The notes below the pieces were generated by a model. That model was given only the letters and a program-made list of their open reading frames with translations. It searched no databases and was not told the origin of the DNA. A stretch of DNA of 64,000 bases from positions 608,001 to 672,000 of the forward strand of contig CAWELD010000003.1 of NCBI GenBank assembly GCA_963809895.1, written 5' to 3'. Position 1 is the first letter of the stretch, and the number at the start of each line of letters is the position of its first letter. Below are positions 45,065 through 53,806 of the stretch, piece by piece. Origin of the DNA: an uncultured Gemmatimonadales bacterium. Its GTDB lineage: Bacteria > Gemmatimonadota > Gemmatimonadetes > Longimicrobiales > Gaopeijiaceae. A program made the translations under genes and the position numbers.

Positions 45065-45402
45065 TTCAGCGCCGCGAGATTTGGTGGGCAGAGTTGGACG
45101 ACCCCCGAGGGTCCGAGCCGGGATTTCGCCGCCCCGTGCTCGTCGTTCAGGCCGACGCGTTCAACCGAAGTAGGCTTCGCACAGTGCTGTGTGTGGTGCT
45201 CACTTCGAACGCTAGGCTCCTCGATGCCCCCGGGAACGTCCTGTTACCTGCGTCGGCCACGGGTTTGTCGAAGGACTCGGTCGTAAACGTCACGCAGGTG
45301 GTAACGCTAGATGAGGACTACCTTACGGAGCGTGTCGGCCGTGTCACGCGCAAGCGGATGGCCCGTGTAGACGCTGGGCTGCGCCTGGTGTTGGATGTCT
45401 AG
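45058..45402 (+). CDS. PemK/MazF family mRNA interferase toxin
   Basis: IWWAELDDPRGSEPGFRRPVLVVQ, GLSKDSVVNVTQ. Confidence 0.92.
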   Translation: MVVQRREIWWAELDDPRGSEPGFRRPVLVVQADAFNRSRLRTVLCVVLTSNARLLDAPGNVLLPASATGLSKDSVVNVTQVVTLDEDYLTERVGRVTRKRMARVDAGLRLVLDV

Positions 45403-45414
45403 GTCCGATCAAGC

Positions 45415-45521
45415 GTGCTAACGACTTTGCGATTCTGCTGCGTGCCGCATGATGTCGATCGCGCGCCTCGCGCGCGACCCTTTCGATCGTTAAGCACGCA
45501 GCAGGAATCGCTGGTTAGCAC
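45415..45521 (-). other. Integron attC recombination site
   Basis: Minus strand: R'' GTGCTAAC, 5 nt, L'' ATTCCTGC with one extra C ... L' GCAGAAT ... R' GTTAGCAC; long imperfect palindrome 18 nt after a stop codon. Confidence 0.8.
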
Positions 45522-45539
45522 TCTGCGCAGCTCACCAGT

Positions 45540-46745
45540 CTACCCACCGATAATCCTATAAACTCGCACACGTTCGAGCCCTACTGCATCGACCTCGATG
45601 CCGGCAATCAGCGAACCGTCGACATCTTCCAGCTGGAATCCATCAGGGACCGTCAGGCGTCCTATCGGCATCCCGCCAGCCGTGAAAATCCACCAAGTGC
45701 CGCCGTAGTTGCGCGTGAACCCGGGGCCACTTTCTCGGATCCACGGCGAGTCCGTTTCAGGACGATACTCCCGTGCCCAGATTCGACCTCTATCATCGAC
45801 CAAGAGCCCCATGAAGGCTGGGATCCGCTTCACGTCCGGAACTGGGCCGGCGCGAATGGATCGATCTCCTCCCACACGCGCAGAATCGAGTAGCCGCAAC
45901 GCCTCGGAGGGGGATAGCCTAGGCATGTCCAGTTGGATCTCTCGCACGAACGAGCCGTTCTCGGTATAGAGCTGGACCTTGGAGTCCAGGCTCAGGCCAA
46001 TGTAGAACGTATCTGAAGCAACCAGGCCTCGAGGCTTTGGAGACAGGGGATGCCTCGCCGCGCCACCCCCCGGATTCGATACGGATGTCGTCTCTGGACG
46101 ATAGAACATGGCCCCATCCGTCTCAGCCAGCTGCCCACCGGGTACACCCTCGGGAGTGATGAGGTTGTGCGGCATCCTTCCGATACCAATGCCGTCCTGG
46201 AACGTCTCTGGATACGCAAGCCTGGAAACGACGAAGCTCCCATCCGAGAACCCTCCCTCGAACATATCGCCACCTCCCTCGCCGGGAGTGAGGTGCCGAT
46301 CATCGATGAGCTCCCCATCCAAGTGGAAGAGGGACAATCGTTCAGAGTTCAGGTCGAGCACCGCGACGGAGTCTGGTGCTCGGAGCCAGGCCGCCCAGAT
46401 GGCACTGAACTCTCCTGGGCCCTGGCCCTCCGCGCCAAATCGCGAGCGCAACTCACCACTGAGGCCATAGACTCGGACCGAGTAGCTCCCTCCGTCCGCC
46501 ACGAGGACCGCATCACCGTCAAGCAACTCGACGTCGCGAACCGCCGAGAGCAGTTGGTCTTCAGACCCCTCCAACTGCCCAATCGATAGAATCGGAGTGG
46601 GATCAAGAGCCCACCGGGCTGGGGCCGCCCCTCGATCTGAGATCGCCCCATCTCCACGGCAGGCTCCGAACGTCGCCAGACCCGTGAGGACACAGAATGT
46701 CGCCAGAGGCGAGGTTCGTCTGTTTGCTCGGGCCTGGATGCCCAT
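45540..46745 (-). CDS. 6-bladed beta-propeller (TolB/NHL-like) lipoprotein, carried as a gene cassette
   Basis: Lipobox-like TFGAC, FGAEGQGPGEF, LLVDDRGRIW, DAVGLERVRVYRI; flanked by GTTAGCAC and attC. Confidence 0.8.
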   Translation of the reverse strand: MGIQARANRRTSPLATFCVLTGLATFGACRGDGAISDRGAAPARWALDPTPILSIGQLEGSEDQLLSAVRDVELLDGDAVLVADGGSYSVRVYGLSGELRSRFGAEGQGPGEFSAIWAAWLRAPDSVAVLDLNSERLSLFHLDGELIDDRHLTPGEGGGDMFEGGFSDGSFVVSRLAYPETFQDGIGIGRMPHNLITPEGVPGGQLAETDGAMFYRPETTSVSNPGGGAARHPLSPKPRGLVASDTFYIGLSLDSKVQLYTENGSFVREIQLDMPRLSPSEALRLLDSARVGGDRSIRAGPVPDVKRIPAFMGLLVDDRGRIWAREYRPETDSPWIRESGPGFTRNYGGTWWIFTAGGMPIGRLTVPDGFQLEDVDGSLIAGIEVDAVGLERVRVYRIIGG

Positions 46746-46758
46746 GCCTTCAACCAGG

Positions 46759-46890
46759 GTGCTAACGGGTTAGGAGATAACACAGTGACCCGCTTCCATG
46801 CCGGTAACTCGGGAAACCTCGCAACACAACTTGCTTCCTGTCCGCCTCAGTCTGCGCATCCCTTACCGGATCAAGGATCTAGGGGCTCTC
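46759..46890 (-). other. Candidate attI site, possibly with a relic intI 3' end
   Basis: Minus strand GTTATCT-8 nt-GTTAGCAC with no partner palindrome; upstream AGCCCCTAGATCCTTGA is one base away from S-P-L-D-P-stop. Confidence 0.4.
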
Positions 46891-47877
46891 GCAGAGTGTG
46901 GGGATCTCCCGCCTGCCGAAGTGGGCCGTGAGTCCATGGAGAAACTTGGCGCCGAGCCTTGGAATGGGCGCGCCGTCTTCGCCGGCCGCTGTGATCTGAT
47001 CCAACTTGAGATCGTCTGGCCGCCCCGTCCGGAGATCATAGCTGCAACTCCCTTCGATGGCCATCTTCGCCGAGCGATCCTCTTCAAGATCCACTCGATA
47101 CACGAGAAGGAAGTCCACGGCGAGCACTGAGGGCATTTCAGTGAGAAACAACTGGACCTCGGAGCGGAGGACCGGGCCTAGGAGGCCTCCCTCCCTCTCC
47201 GCACGCTGCTTCACGGGAGGGGTGACCAATCCAATCACAGCCTGCACTAGAGGAGCTTCCTCGACCGATGGCAGATCCTGCTGAATGACAGAAAGGAATG
47301 AGTCCGCGCCCCAATGGACATGAATCTCGGTCGCCCGCGCTGCCAGTTCTTCTTTCAGATTCAGCGCAAGACCCTTGGACGGATTCCGCTCATCGAAAAA
47401 ACCCTTGTCGCGTGTGATAAAGTGGACCGGGCCGCGCGATGCCGCTTCCATTGCAGCTTCCCAGATTGCTGAGTCCTTGAACTGTTGGTTCTTTGTCCCG
47501 TTGGGGGGCGAACCTTCTATGACGCGGCTGAGCGCGCCCCGCGCGTGGTCAAGCGTGAATGGCAAGCGTACAAGTCTGTCGTCAAGCTCGTTAAATCGTT
47601 CGACGACTGCGGCAGAATAGTCCTCCGGGGTGGGTATTCGATAGTCATCCCGCCGTCCCGCCAGCATCTTGATCTGCCTATAAGTAGCCTCTATCTGCTG
47701 GTCGGCTTCGATACCAAACCTGAGAACGTGCTTCAGAACCTCCCTCTCCACCACCTCGGGAAGCAAGAGATTGGCGTCCATCTGTTCTACGGCGAACAGT
47801 AAAGCGGCGCCAATAGGACTCCGCATCAGCCAAGTGTCGCCCAGCCATATGTTCGTATCGGGGAGGATGCTGTTCAT
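46879..47877 (-). CDS. PIN-like domain protein (DUF4935-like)
   Basis: ILPDTNIW, LLPEVVERE, FKDSAIWE, FITRDKGF acidic PIN motifs; lower GC. Confidence 0.72.
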   Translation of the reverse strand: MNSILPDTNIWLGDTWLMRSPIGAALLFAVEQMDANLLLPEVVEREVLKHVLRFGIEADQQIEATYRQIKMLAGRRDDYRIPTPEDYSAAVVERFNELDDRLVRLPFTLDHARGALSRVIEGSPPNGTKNQQFKDSAIWEAAMEAASRGPVHFITRDKGFFDERNPSKGLALNLKEELAARATEIHVHWGADSFLSVIQQDLPSVEEAPLVQAVIGLVTPPVKQRAEREGGLLGPVLRSEVQLFLTEMPSVLAVDFLLVYRVDLEEDRSAKMAIEGSCSYDLRTGRPDDLKLDQITAAGEDGAPIPRLGAKFLHGLTAHFGRREIPTLCESP

Positions 47878-47911
47878 GACTGGAAGGTGGCGACCGAAAA
47901 ACCCCGCTGGG

Positions 47912-48247
47912 TCATCGAGAACTACTGAGAGCGCCCTCAAACCACTTGAGGATCTTCTTCACCACGTCCGCGCAGAAGCCTTCTCCGAAGTACCTAAACT
48001 GCCCTCTCCGAAGTGGGTTCTTCCCTGGTTCATCGCCTAGGCCAACTACGGCAATTGGAATTCCAGAGGCGGGGCGATCAACCAGCAACTCGTTGATATA
48101 AGGGTCACGAAATGCGAACCCCACGAACACGATCGCCTCCGCGAGGCCGAGACAGAGTCTGAAGTACTCATGGAATGTGGCGAACGGCTCGACTGTGGGA
48201 GTGCCCTTGAAACCGGGATAGATTATTGCGTGCTTCTGGTGCGACCC
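47912..48247 (-). pseudogene. 3' fragment of a SIR2-like domain protein truncated by IS256
   Basis: IIYPGFKG..EPF..FRLCL..IVFVGFAFRDPYIN. Confidence 0.65.
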
Positions 48248-49683
48248 GGAGGGTGTCCCAAGTTTAGTTGAAAAGTTGAGTGGCCTCCGACCTCGGGGTA
48301 AGGTGGAGTTGCGAGACAACCACCGAAACCGAGAAGAGGAAGGAGGCCAGCGATGGGAAGGGTGCCACAGCTTGTCGAGCGAGGCAAGAAGGACCGGAGG
48401 ATGGGCGAGCCTCAGGGGGTCGGGTGGGAGGTGATCGAGGCGATGGAGGTGGACGCGCGGATCGAGCTGATCCGGGAGCTGATCCCGCTGGGGCTGGCCG
48501 AGGTCGGACGGATGCTGGACGAGGAGGTGGAACGGCTGGCGGGGCCGAGACACGGGCGCAAAGGCAGTGCCGAGGAACGCTACCGCCATGGGAGCAATCC
48601 CGGGTCGGTGAGGCTGGCGGGTCAGCGGCATCCGGTGCGAGTGCCTCGGGTACGGGGGGCGGAAGGCGAGGTGAGGCTGGCGACGTACGCGGAGCTTCAC
48701 GGCGGGGGGGGCGAGATCGACGATGGGCTGTTCCGGAAGGTGCTGCTCGGCATCAGTTGCCGGGACTACGAGACGGCGGTCGAAGCCGTGCCGGGGGCGA
48801 TCGGGCTGTCCAAGTCCAGCGTGTCGCGGGAGTTCAAGAAGGCCACGACCAAGCAGTTGAAGGCCTTCCAGGAGCGCGACCTCTCGGGGCTCGACGTGGT
48901 AGCGATGTTCCTGGACGGCAAGACGTTCGCCGACGACGAGATGGTCATCGCCTTGGGGGTCACGATGACGGGAGACAAGCACTTCCTGGGCTTCGTGCAG
49001 ACGGCCACGGAGAACGCCCGCACCATCACGGGCTTCCTCCGTTCGCTGGTCGAGCGGGGACTCGACCTGTCGGCCGGCGTCCTGGTGGTGGTCGACGGAG
49101 CGAAGGGGCTCAGGGCGGCGGTCAAGAAGGTGTTCAAGGGCCATGCTCTGATCCAGCGGTGCCAGTGGCACAAGCGCGAGAACGTCGTCTCCTACCTGCC
49201 TCGCGCGGAGCAGAAGGCGTGGCGCGGCAGGCTGCAGCGCGCCTACCAGAGGCCAACCTACGAAGAGGCCAAGCGTGACCTGGCCTCGATCCGACGCGAG
49301 CTCGTTGAGCTGAACCAGTCGGCGGTCGCGAGCCTGGACGAGGGCCTCGAGGAGACGCTGACCCTGCACCGCCTGGGCGTGTTCGCGCTCGTCGGGCGCT
49401 CCCTCAAGACGACCAACGTGCTCGAGTCCGTCAACGCGCAGGCCGAGCAGCGGTGCGGCCGCGTTGACCACTGGAAGAACTCCAACCACAAACAGCGCTG
49501 GCTCGCTGCGGCCCTCCTCGACATCGAACCGAGGCTTCGCAAGCTCCTCGGCCACCGCCACCTGGGCCAGCTCCGAACCGCGATCCAGAAGGACCTCGGG
49601 ATCACCGCTCCCGATAGCGCAGTTCACTCCGCCGCCTGAGACCGAGGGCCACTCGAGTTTCAACTAGCTTTGGGATTGACTCC
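48248..49683 (+). mobile_element. IS256-family insertion sequence
   Basis: Imperfect IRs GGAGGGTGTCCCAAGTTTAGTTGAAA / TTTCAACTAGCTTTGGGATTGACTCC; no TSD. Confidence 0.88.
48353..49639 (+). CDS. IS256 (mutator) transposase
   Basis: VRVPRVR, GLSKSSVSR, MFLDGK, VVDGAKGL, IQRCQWHK, TTNVLESVN. Confidence 0.92.
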   Translation: MGRVPQLVERGKKDRRMGEPQGVGWEVIEAMEVDARIELIRELIPLGLAEVGRMLDEEVERLAGPRHGRKGSAEERYRHGSNPGSVRLAGQRHPVRVPRVRGAEGEVRLATYAELHGGGGEIDDGLFRKVLLGISCRDYETAVEAVPGAIGLSKSSVSREFKKATTKQLKAFQERDLSGLDVVAMFLDGKTFADDEMVIALGVTMTGDKHFLGFVQTATENARTITGFLRSLVERGLDLSAGVLVVVDGAKGLRAAVKKVFKGHALIQRCQWHKRENVVSYLPRAEQKAWRGRLQRAYQRPTYEEAKRDLASIRRELVELNQSAVASLDEGLEETLTLHRLGVFALVGRSLKTTNVLESVNAQAEQRCGRVDHWKNSNHKQRWLAAALLDIEPRLRKLLGHRHLGQLRTAIQKDLGITAPDSAVHSAA

Positions 49684-49997
49684 CGCTGCCTGCAGGAGCG
49701 CTGCCCGTCTACGACCGTCGACCGATTACAACTCAGCTGCGTGGGTTCGGCGACTCGATCTTCGGCATGTACCAGAGTGCTCTGATTCATGCTGAAGGTG
49801 AGGGAGGCGCAATCCAAGGCGAGGACCGAGTATGGCGGCTAGTCTCGATCTCGAGAGGCTATGTGGGTACACTCCGCCTCGCATCTGACTTTCAGCCGAT
49901 CAGGACCTCGCATTCACGTCTCATCATGTTGCACAGAGACACTCGAGGAATCGCGACGATCGAAATCTACCGCTTGGTTCCCCCAGTCGGAGAATGA
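49683..49997 (+). pseudogene. 3' fragment of a beta-propeller-type protein truncated by IS256
   Basis: Open frame from the IS end: ...RPITTQLRG...VWRLVS..GYVGTLRLASDFQ...DTRGIATIEIYRL, resembling the C-termini of the other propellers here. Confidence 0.55.
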
Positions 49998-50029
49998 GGC
50001 GACCCGTGCGGGAAGCTCGGAGACGATAA

Positions 50030-50064
50030 CGAGGGCCCCGCGAAACGAGCTCGCGAGGCCCTCG
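50030..50064 (-). terminator. Hairpin downstream of rpsT
   Basis: CGAGGGCC-CCGCGA...TCGCGA-GGCCCTCG inverted repeat. Confidence 0.45.
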
Positions 50065-50110
50065 CTGCGGTCCGGCGGCACGAGGGCCGGCGGACACTGT
50101 CAGAAGCCGA

Positions 50111-50368
50111 TCAGGCGGACAGCCCGTTGACGTGGCGCTGGAGCTGACTCTTCAGCCGGGCGGCACGATTGGGGTGCATGAGCCGCTTGCCGGCAGCCCG
50201 GTCGATGAGGGCCACGGCCTCGCGCTGCAGCTCGGCGGCCTCGTCGGCCGACGTGGCCTGATGGACCTTCTTCACCGCGGTCCTGAGCGCAGCCCGCTTC
50301 TGCCGGTTGGCGGCGTTCCACTTCCGGCTGAGCTCCATGCGCTTCTTGGCGCTCTTGATATTCGGCAT
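50111..50368 (-). CDS. rpsT: 30S ribosomal protein S20
   Basis: MPNIKSAKKR..N...LRTAVKKV..IDRAA..HPNRAARLKSQL. Confidence 0.96.
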   Translation of the reverse strand: MPNIKSAKKRMELSRKWNAANRQKRAALRTAVKKVHQATSADEAAELQREAVALIDRAAGKRLMHPNRAARLKSQLQRHVNGLSA

Positions 50369-50770
50369 CTCGTCCTCGTACGGTTCCGGCTTGCTACGTC
50401 GTTTGGCCGCTGCTCGCGGAGCCACAAAAGATAACAGCGCGTGGCGAGGGGATCAACGCCCGAGTTGGCCCACCACCGGTCCTGCGGTATGGGGGCGCTC
50501 ACGCATCGCCTGTCCTCCTACCGTCGCCTTGAAGGATGTCTATTGTGCACCGCGCGCCTTTCGATGAGCCGCGTCGGCGCTCTTTCTCGCGCATCCCGCC
50601 CGGATCCGTGCGGAATCCGTCCGGTTCTGTCGCAATTTGTCCGCTTCAGTCGGAATCTGGGAGATCGCGCACCTTACGCGGATGTGGACAGAGGGTGAAT
50701 CCTGTGAATGTCGGCGTTCGCGAGGAGAACGGGATACGGGAGGCCGTCCCGTGCATGGGGCGGGTGACGC

Positions 50771-51091
50771 ATGGCGGAATCGGAGCAGAGATCGGGTAGC
50801 TTCTTCCCGCACCTCGTCGTGCGTCTGGCGGGCCTTTCTGTTGACACCCTCGATGGCCTCAACGCGACCCGGTCCGTCCATGCTGCTGACGCCCTCATCG
50901 AGACCCGGAGTCGCTTGCAGGCTGACGCCGAATCGTTGTCGGCCGCGCTGTTCGAGCGGGTGCCTGGTGAACCGAAGCCTACCCGCCGGCGCTTGCTCCG
51001 CCTGCGCCGTGACCTGTACATTGATAGTGACGTCGTGGCCTACGAGCCACATGTTGCTGGGCGTGGAATGCCGATCTGGTGGTTTGACTGA
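50771..51091 (+). pseudogene. N-terminal fragment resembling a lantibiotic dehydratase (LanB glutamylation protein)
   Basis: FPHLVVRLAGLSVDTL...SLSAALFERV...RRRLLRLRRDLY, then abrupt loss of resemblance; by recognition only. Confidence 0.5.
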
Positions 51092-52057
51092 GCGCGTCTT
51101 CCAAGAGCCCGCCCGCAGAGGAGGAGGTAGGGGATATGGGTATGGGGGCCTTGCCGAACCTGGTTCCTCGCCGGCGATGGGGATGCCCGTCCGGCCCGGA
51201 GGTTCGCAGGCGAGCGGTGACGCTTGTCGGGGTTGTCATGCCCCTGCTGGCAGCCTGCGGAGGATCGAGCGCGCCCTCCGATCAGGTGTCTGCGGCTTGC
51301 GATAACCCAGGTCGGCTCGTCTTGGATCTGGAGAGCACCACCACCCTGGAAGAGTTCCTCCCGCCGAGGGATATCGAGGTGATGGATGGAGCGGCGGTCT
51401 TGGTGGCACAATCGGGTGCCATCAAGTCGCAGCCCTCGAACGTGATCGCCGTTCCTGGATTGCCTCGATCGGCATTACGTGGCGTCACTAGGACGAGCGG
51501 CGTGATCACGTACACGGATAACACGGCTACCAGGCTAGACAGGGGGGCGAGTACTTGGGAAGCCCTCGGATTTGACCCACCATTGCGGTCTGTTCGCACC
51601 CTCGAGGGGACGGACGAGGGGGGGGACCTCTGGGTCGTTTCTGGTCCGGAAGCCGAACTGATAGTTGGGCGGTACGCGCCCGCAGGCGAGCTTACCTATC
51701 GCATTGCTCATAGGTGGAAGATCCCAGGTGACTGGCGCATCATTCCAGGCATTCGGACTTCCGAGGACGCGATCCTGATCGCCACAAAGCCGCCGTTCGA
51801 TGTGACGTTGCTGAGTCAGGACGGAGTCGAGGATCTCGGGAGCTTGCGGGGTTTGGACGGCGGGTTGGATCGACCGGATTCCTCCTCCACTGTGATCCTT
51901 GCCGGCGCTTTGGCCCTCGATTGCGGCCGACTACTGCTCACGCTGAGTGACCTGCGCTCGACGAGCCGGCGGATCTTGGTGGTTGCCGCCGCCAATCTCA
52001 TGGTCGAACTCGATAAGCGCGTGGATGAACCCATGGCATTCTTCAGCGTGGACCGAG

Positions 52058-53208
52058 CTAGTGTAGCGTTTCTAAAGTTGTTAGCCCACGTTCAGATCTT
52101 CGCGAGAATCTCCTGAGCGGACTTTGTCCAGATGAAGGGTTTCGGGTCTTCGTTGCGATGGTCGAGATAGGCCTCGATGTGGCCGATGAGTTCCGGGACG
52201 CTATTGACGGCGAGGCGCTTGAGCTGGCGTTCGTCGAGCTCCCCGAACAGACGCTCGACGATATTGGCCCACGAGGCGCCCGTGGGTACGAAATGAAACT
52301 GGACCCGGGGATTGCGTTCCAGCCACCTGCGGACCTTCTCGTGCTTGTGCGTGGCGTAGTTGTCGAGGATCACGTGAATCTCCAGATCGGGATCGACGCT
52401 CTTCTCGACCTTCTTCATGAACGTCAGGAACTCCTGATGCCGGTGCCGAGGCATACACTCGTGAAGGACGTGGCCCGTGGCGACGTCGAGGGCGGCGAAC
52501 AGAGTCGTCGTGCCGTGCCGTTTGTAGTCGTGCGTCATCGTTCCCGCACGACCCTTCTTGAGTGGCAGACCGGGCTGGGTACGGTCGAGGGCCTGGATCT
52601 GGCTCTTCTCGTCGAAGCTGAAGACGACGGCGTTGTCAGGAGGATTCAGGTAGACGCCCACCACGTCATGCAGCTTCTCGACCAAACGAGGATCGCGCGA
52701 GAGCTTGAAGCGCCGGATCTGGTGGGGCTTGAGCCCGTACTTCCTCCACACCCTCCAGATGGTCACGTGGTCGAGCCCCATGGCCTCGCCCAGGAGCCGA
52801 CTGCTCCAGTGGGTCGAAACCTCAGGCGGCGGATCCTCCTCGACCGTCTTCCTGACGATCTCCTCCTCGAGCCTACGCGTGACTTTCGGGGGCCGTCCCG
52901 ACCGGGCTCGGTCGCCCTCGATCCCCTTGAGCCCTTCGGCCTCGTAGCGTCGCATCCACAGACGGGCGGTATCTCGGGCGATGCCCAGTGTGGCTCCGAT
53001 GGCGCGACTCGATTCTCCTCGGGAGGCGGCCAGAACGATCTTCGCTCGTTCGACCTGGCGCCTCGGCAACGTGCGGGATCGTGCCCAGGATTCGAGCGTC
53101 CTCCGGTCCCCGCGGCGCAGTCGCAACTTCCTGGTTGCAGTAGCCATGAACACCAATATAGCGCTCCCGGGCATCATGGGATAGATACTTTTGTAACAGT
53201 ACAGCTAG
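52058..53208 (-). mobile_element. IS630-family insertion sequence
   Basis: CTAG at both ends (TA target); imperfect IRs GTGTAGCGTTTCTAAAGT / ACTTTTGTAACAGTACAGC. Confidence 0.88.
52092..53147 (-). CDS. IS630 transposase
   Basis: RSGRP, FDEKSQIQAL, THDYKRHGTTTLFAAL, ILDNYATHK, SWANIVER. Confidence 0.93.
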   Translation of the reverse strand: MATATRKLRLRRGDRRTLESWARSRTLPRRQVERAKIVLAASRGESSRAIGATLGIARDTARLWMRRYEAEGLKGIEGDRARSGRPPKVTRRLEEEIVRKTVEEDPPPEVSTHWSSRLLGEAMGLDHVTIWRVWRKYGLKPHQIRRFKLSRDPRLVEKLHDVVGVYLNPPDNAVVFSFDEKSQIQALDRTQPGLPLKKGRAGTMTHDYKRHGTTTLFAALDVATGHVLHECMPRHRHQEFLTFMKKVEKSVDPDLEIHVILDNYATHKHEKVRRWLERNPRVQFHFVPTGASWANIVERLFGELDERQLKRLAVNSVPELIGHIEAYLDHRNEDPKPFIWTKSAQEILAKI

Positions 53209-53337
53209 ACACCGCGTCTACGCCTATCGTCAGAACGGAGAGCGGGGAGAGGTGCTGACCTATCGATGGAGGTGGGAGCTGAAGACGTAGGACGTGCTCG
53301 TGAAGCATAGTCAGATTCGACCTGCAAGGAGAAGCTC

Positions 53338-53733
53338 ATGAAGACCGTTGCGAAGACCCTGATGGTGGCGTTGGGCTTGGCCCTCGCCTACGTAGCAACT
53401 CCGGAGGCCGCTTCGGCGCAGTGCATTACGCCACAGCACTGCCACAATATCCCGAACGAGTCGGAGCAACAGTGCTTCGACGGCTTGACGTCGTTCTCCT
53501 TCGAAATATGCTACATTGCTGGGGGCATGTGCCAGATGTCTGGAAGGTGTGGCATGGCCTATCTGGACCTGGAAGGCGACGTGAACCTGACGCCCGCAGG
53601 CACGCTGGCCAGCCCGTCGGTCGCGAACGTCCTGGCCGCGTTCTCCGGCGAAGAACTGAAGAACTGTCGTGACTTCGTGATTCTGGTGGCGAAGCGCGAG
53701 ACAGCCGCTCCATCCCAGCTAGTATTAGACTAG
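53338..53733 (+). CDS. Small secreted Cys-rich protein
   Basis: RBS AAGGAG; signal peptide ending ASA-Q; 6 Cys in the next ~43 aa and a 7th near the C-terminus. Confidence 0.75.
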   Translation: MKTVAKTLMVALGLALAYVATPEAASAQCITPQHCHNIPNESEQQCFDGLTSFSFEICYIAGGMCQMSGRCGMAYLDLEGDVNLTPAGTLASPSVANVLAAFSGEELKNCRDFVILVAKRETAAPSQLVLD

Positions 53734-53806
53734 CGCGGACCCGGTTACCATCTCTCCCCCTCTCCGACGATCGATCATCCGTTCAACCGGCCCCGAGAGA
53801 CGATCC

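Larger units (their letters stand above)
51136..53290 (+). pseudogene. Lipoprotein (possible propeller-like) interrupted by IS630
   Basis: Lipobox LLAAC; removing the IS at CTAG restores the frame DRA|RHRVYAYRQ...WELKT-stop(53290). Confidence 0.7.

Noticed and set aside
47912..49663. 583-aa minus-strand ORF as a single gene
   Set aside because: It is the antisense of the IS256 transposase read into the SIR2-like fragment
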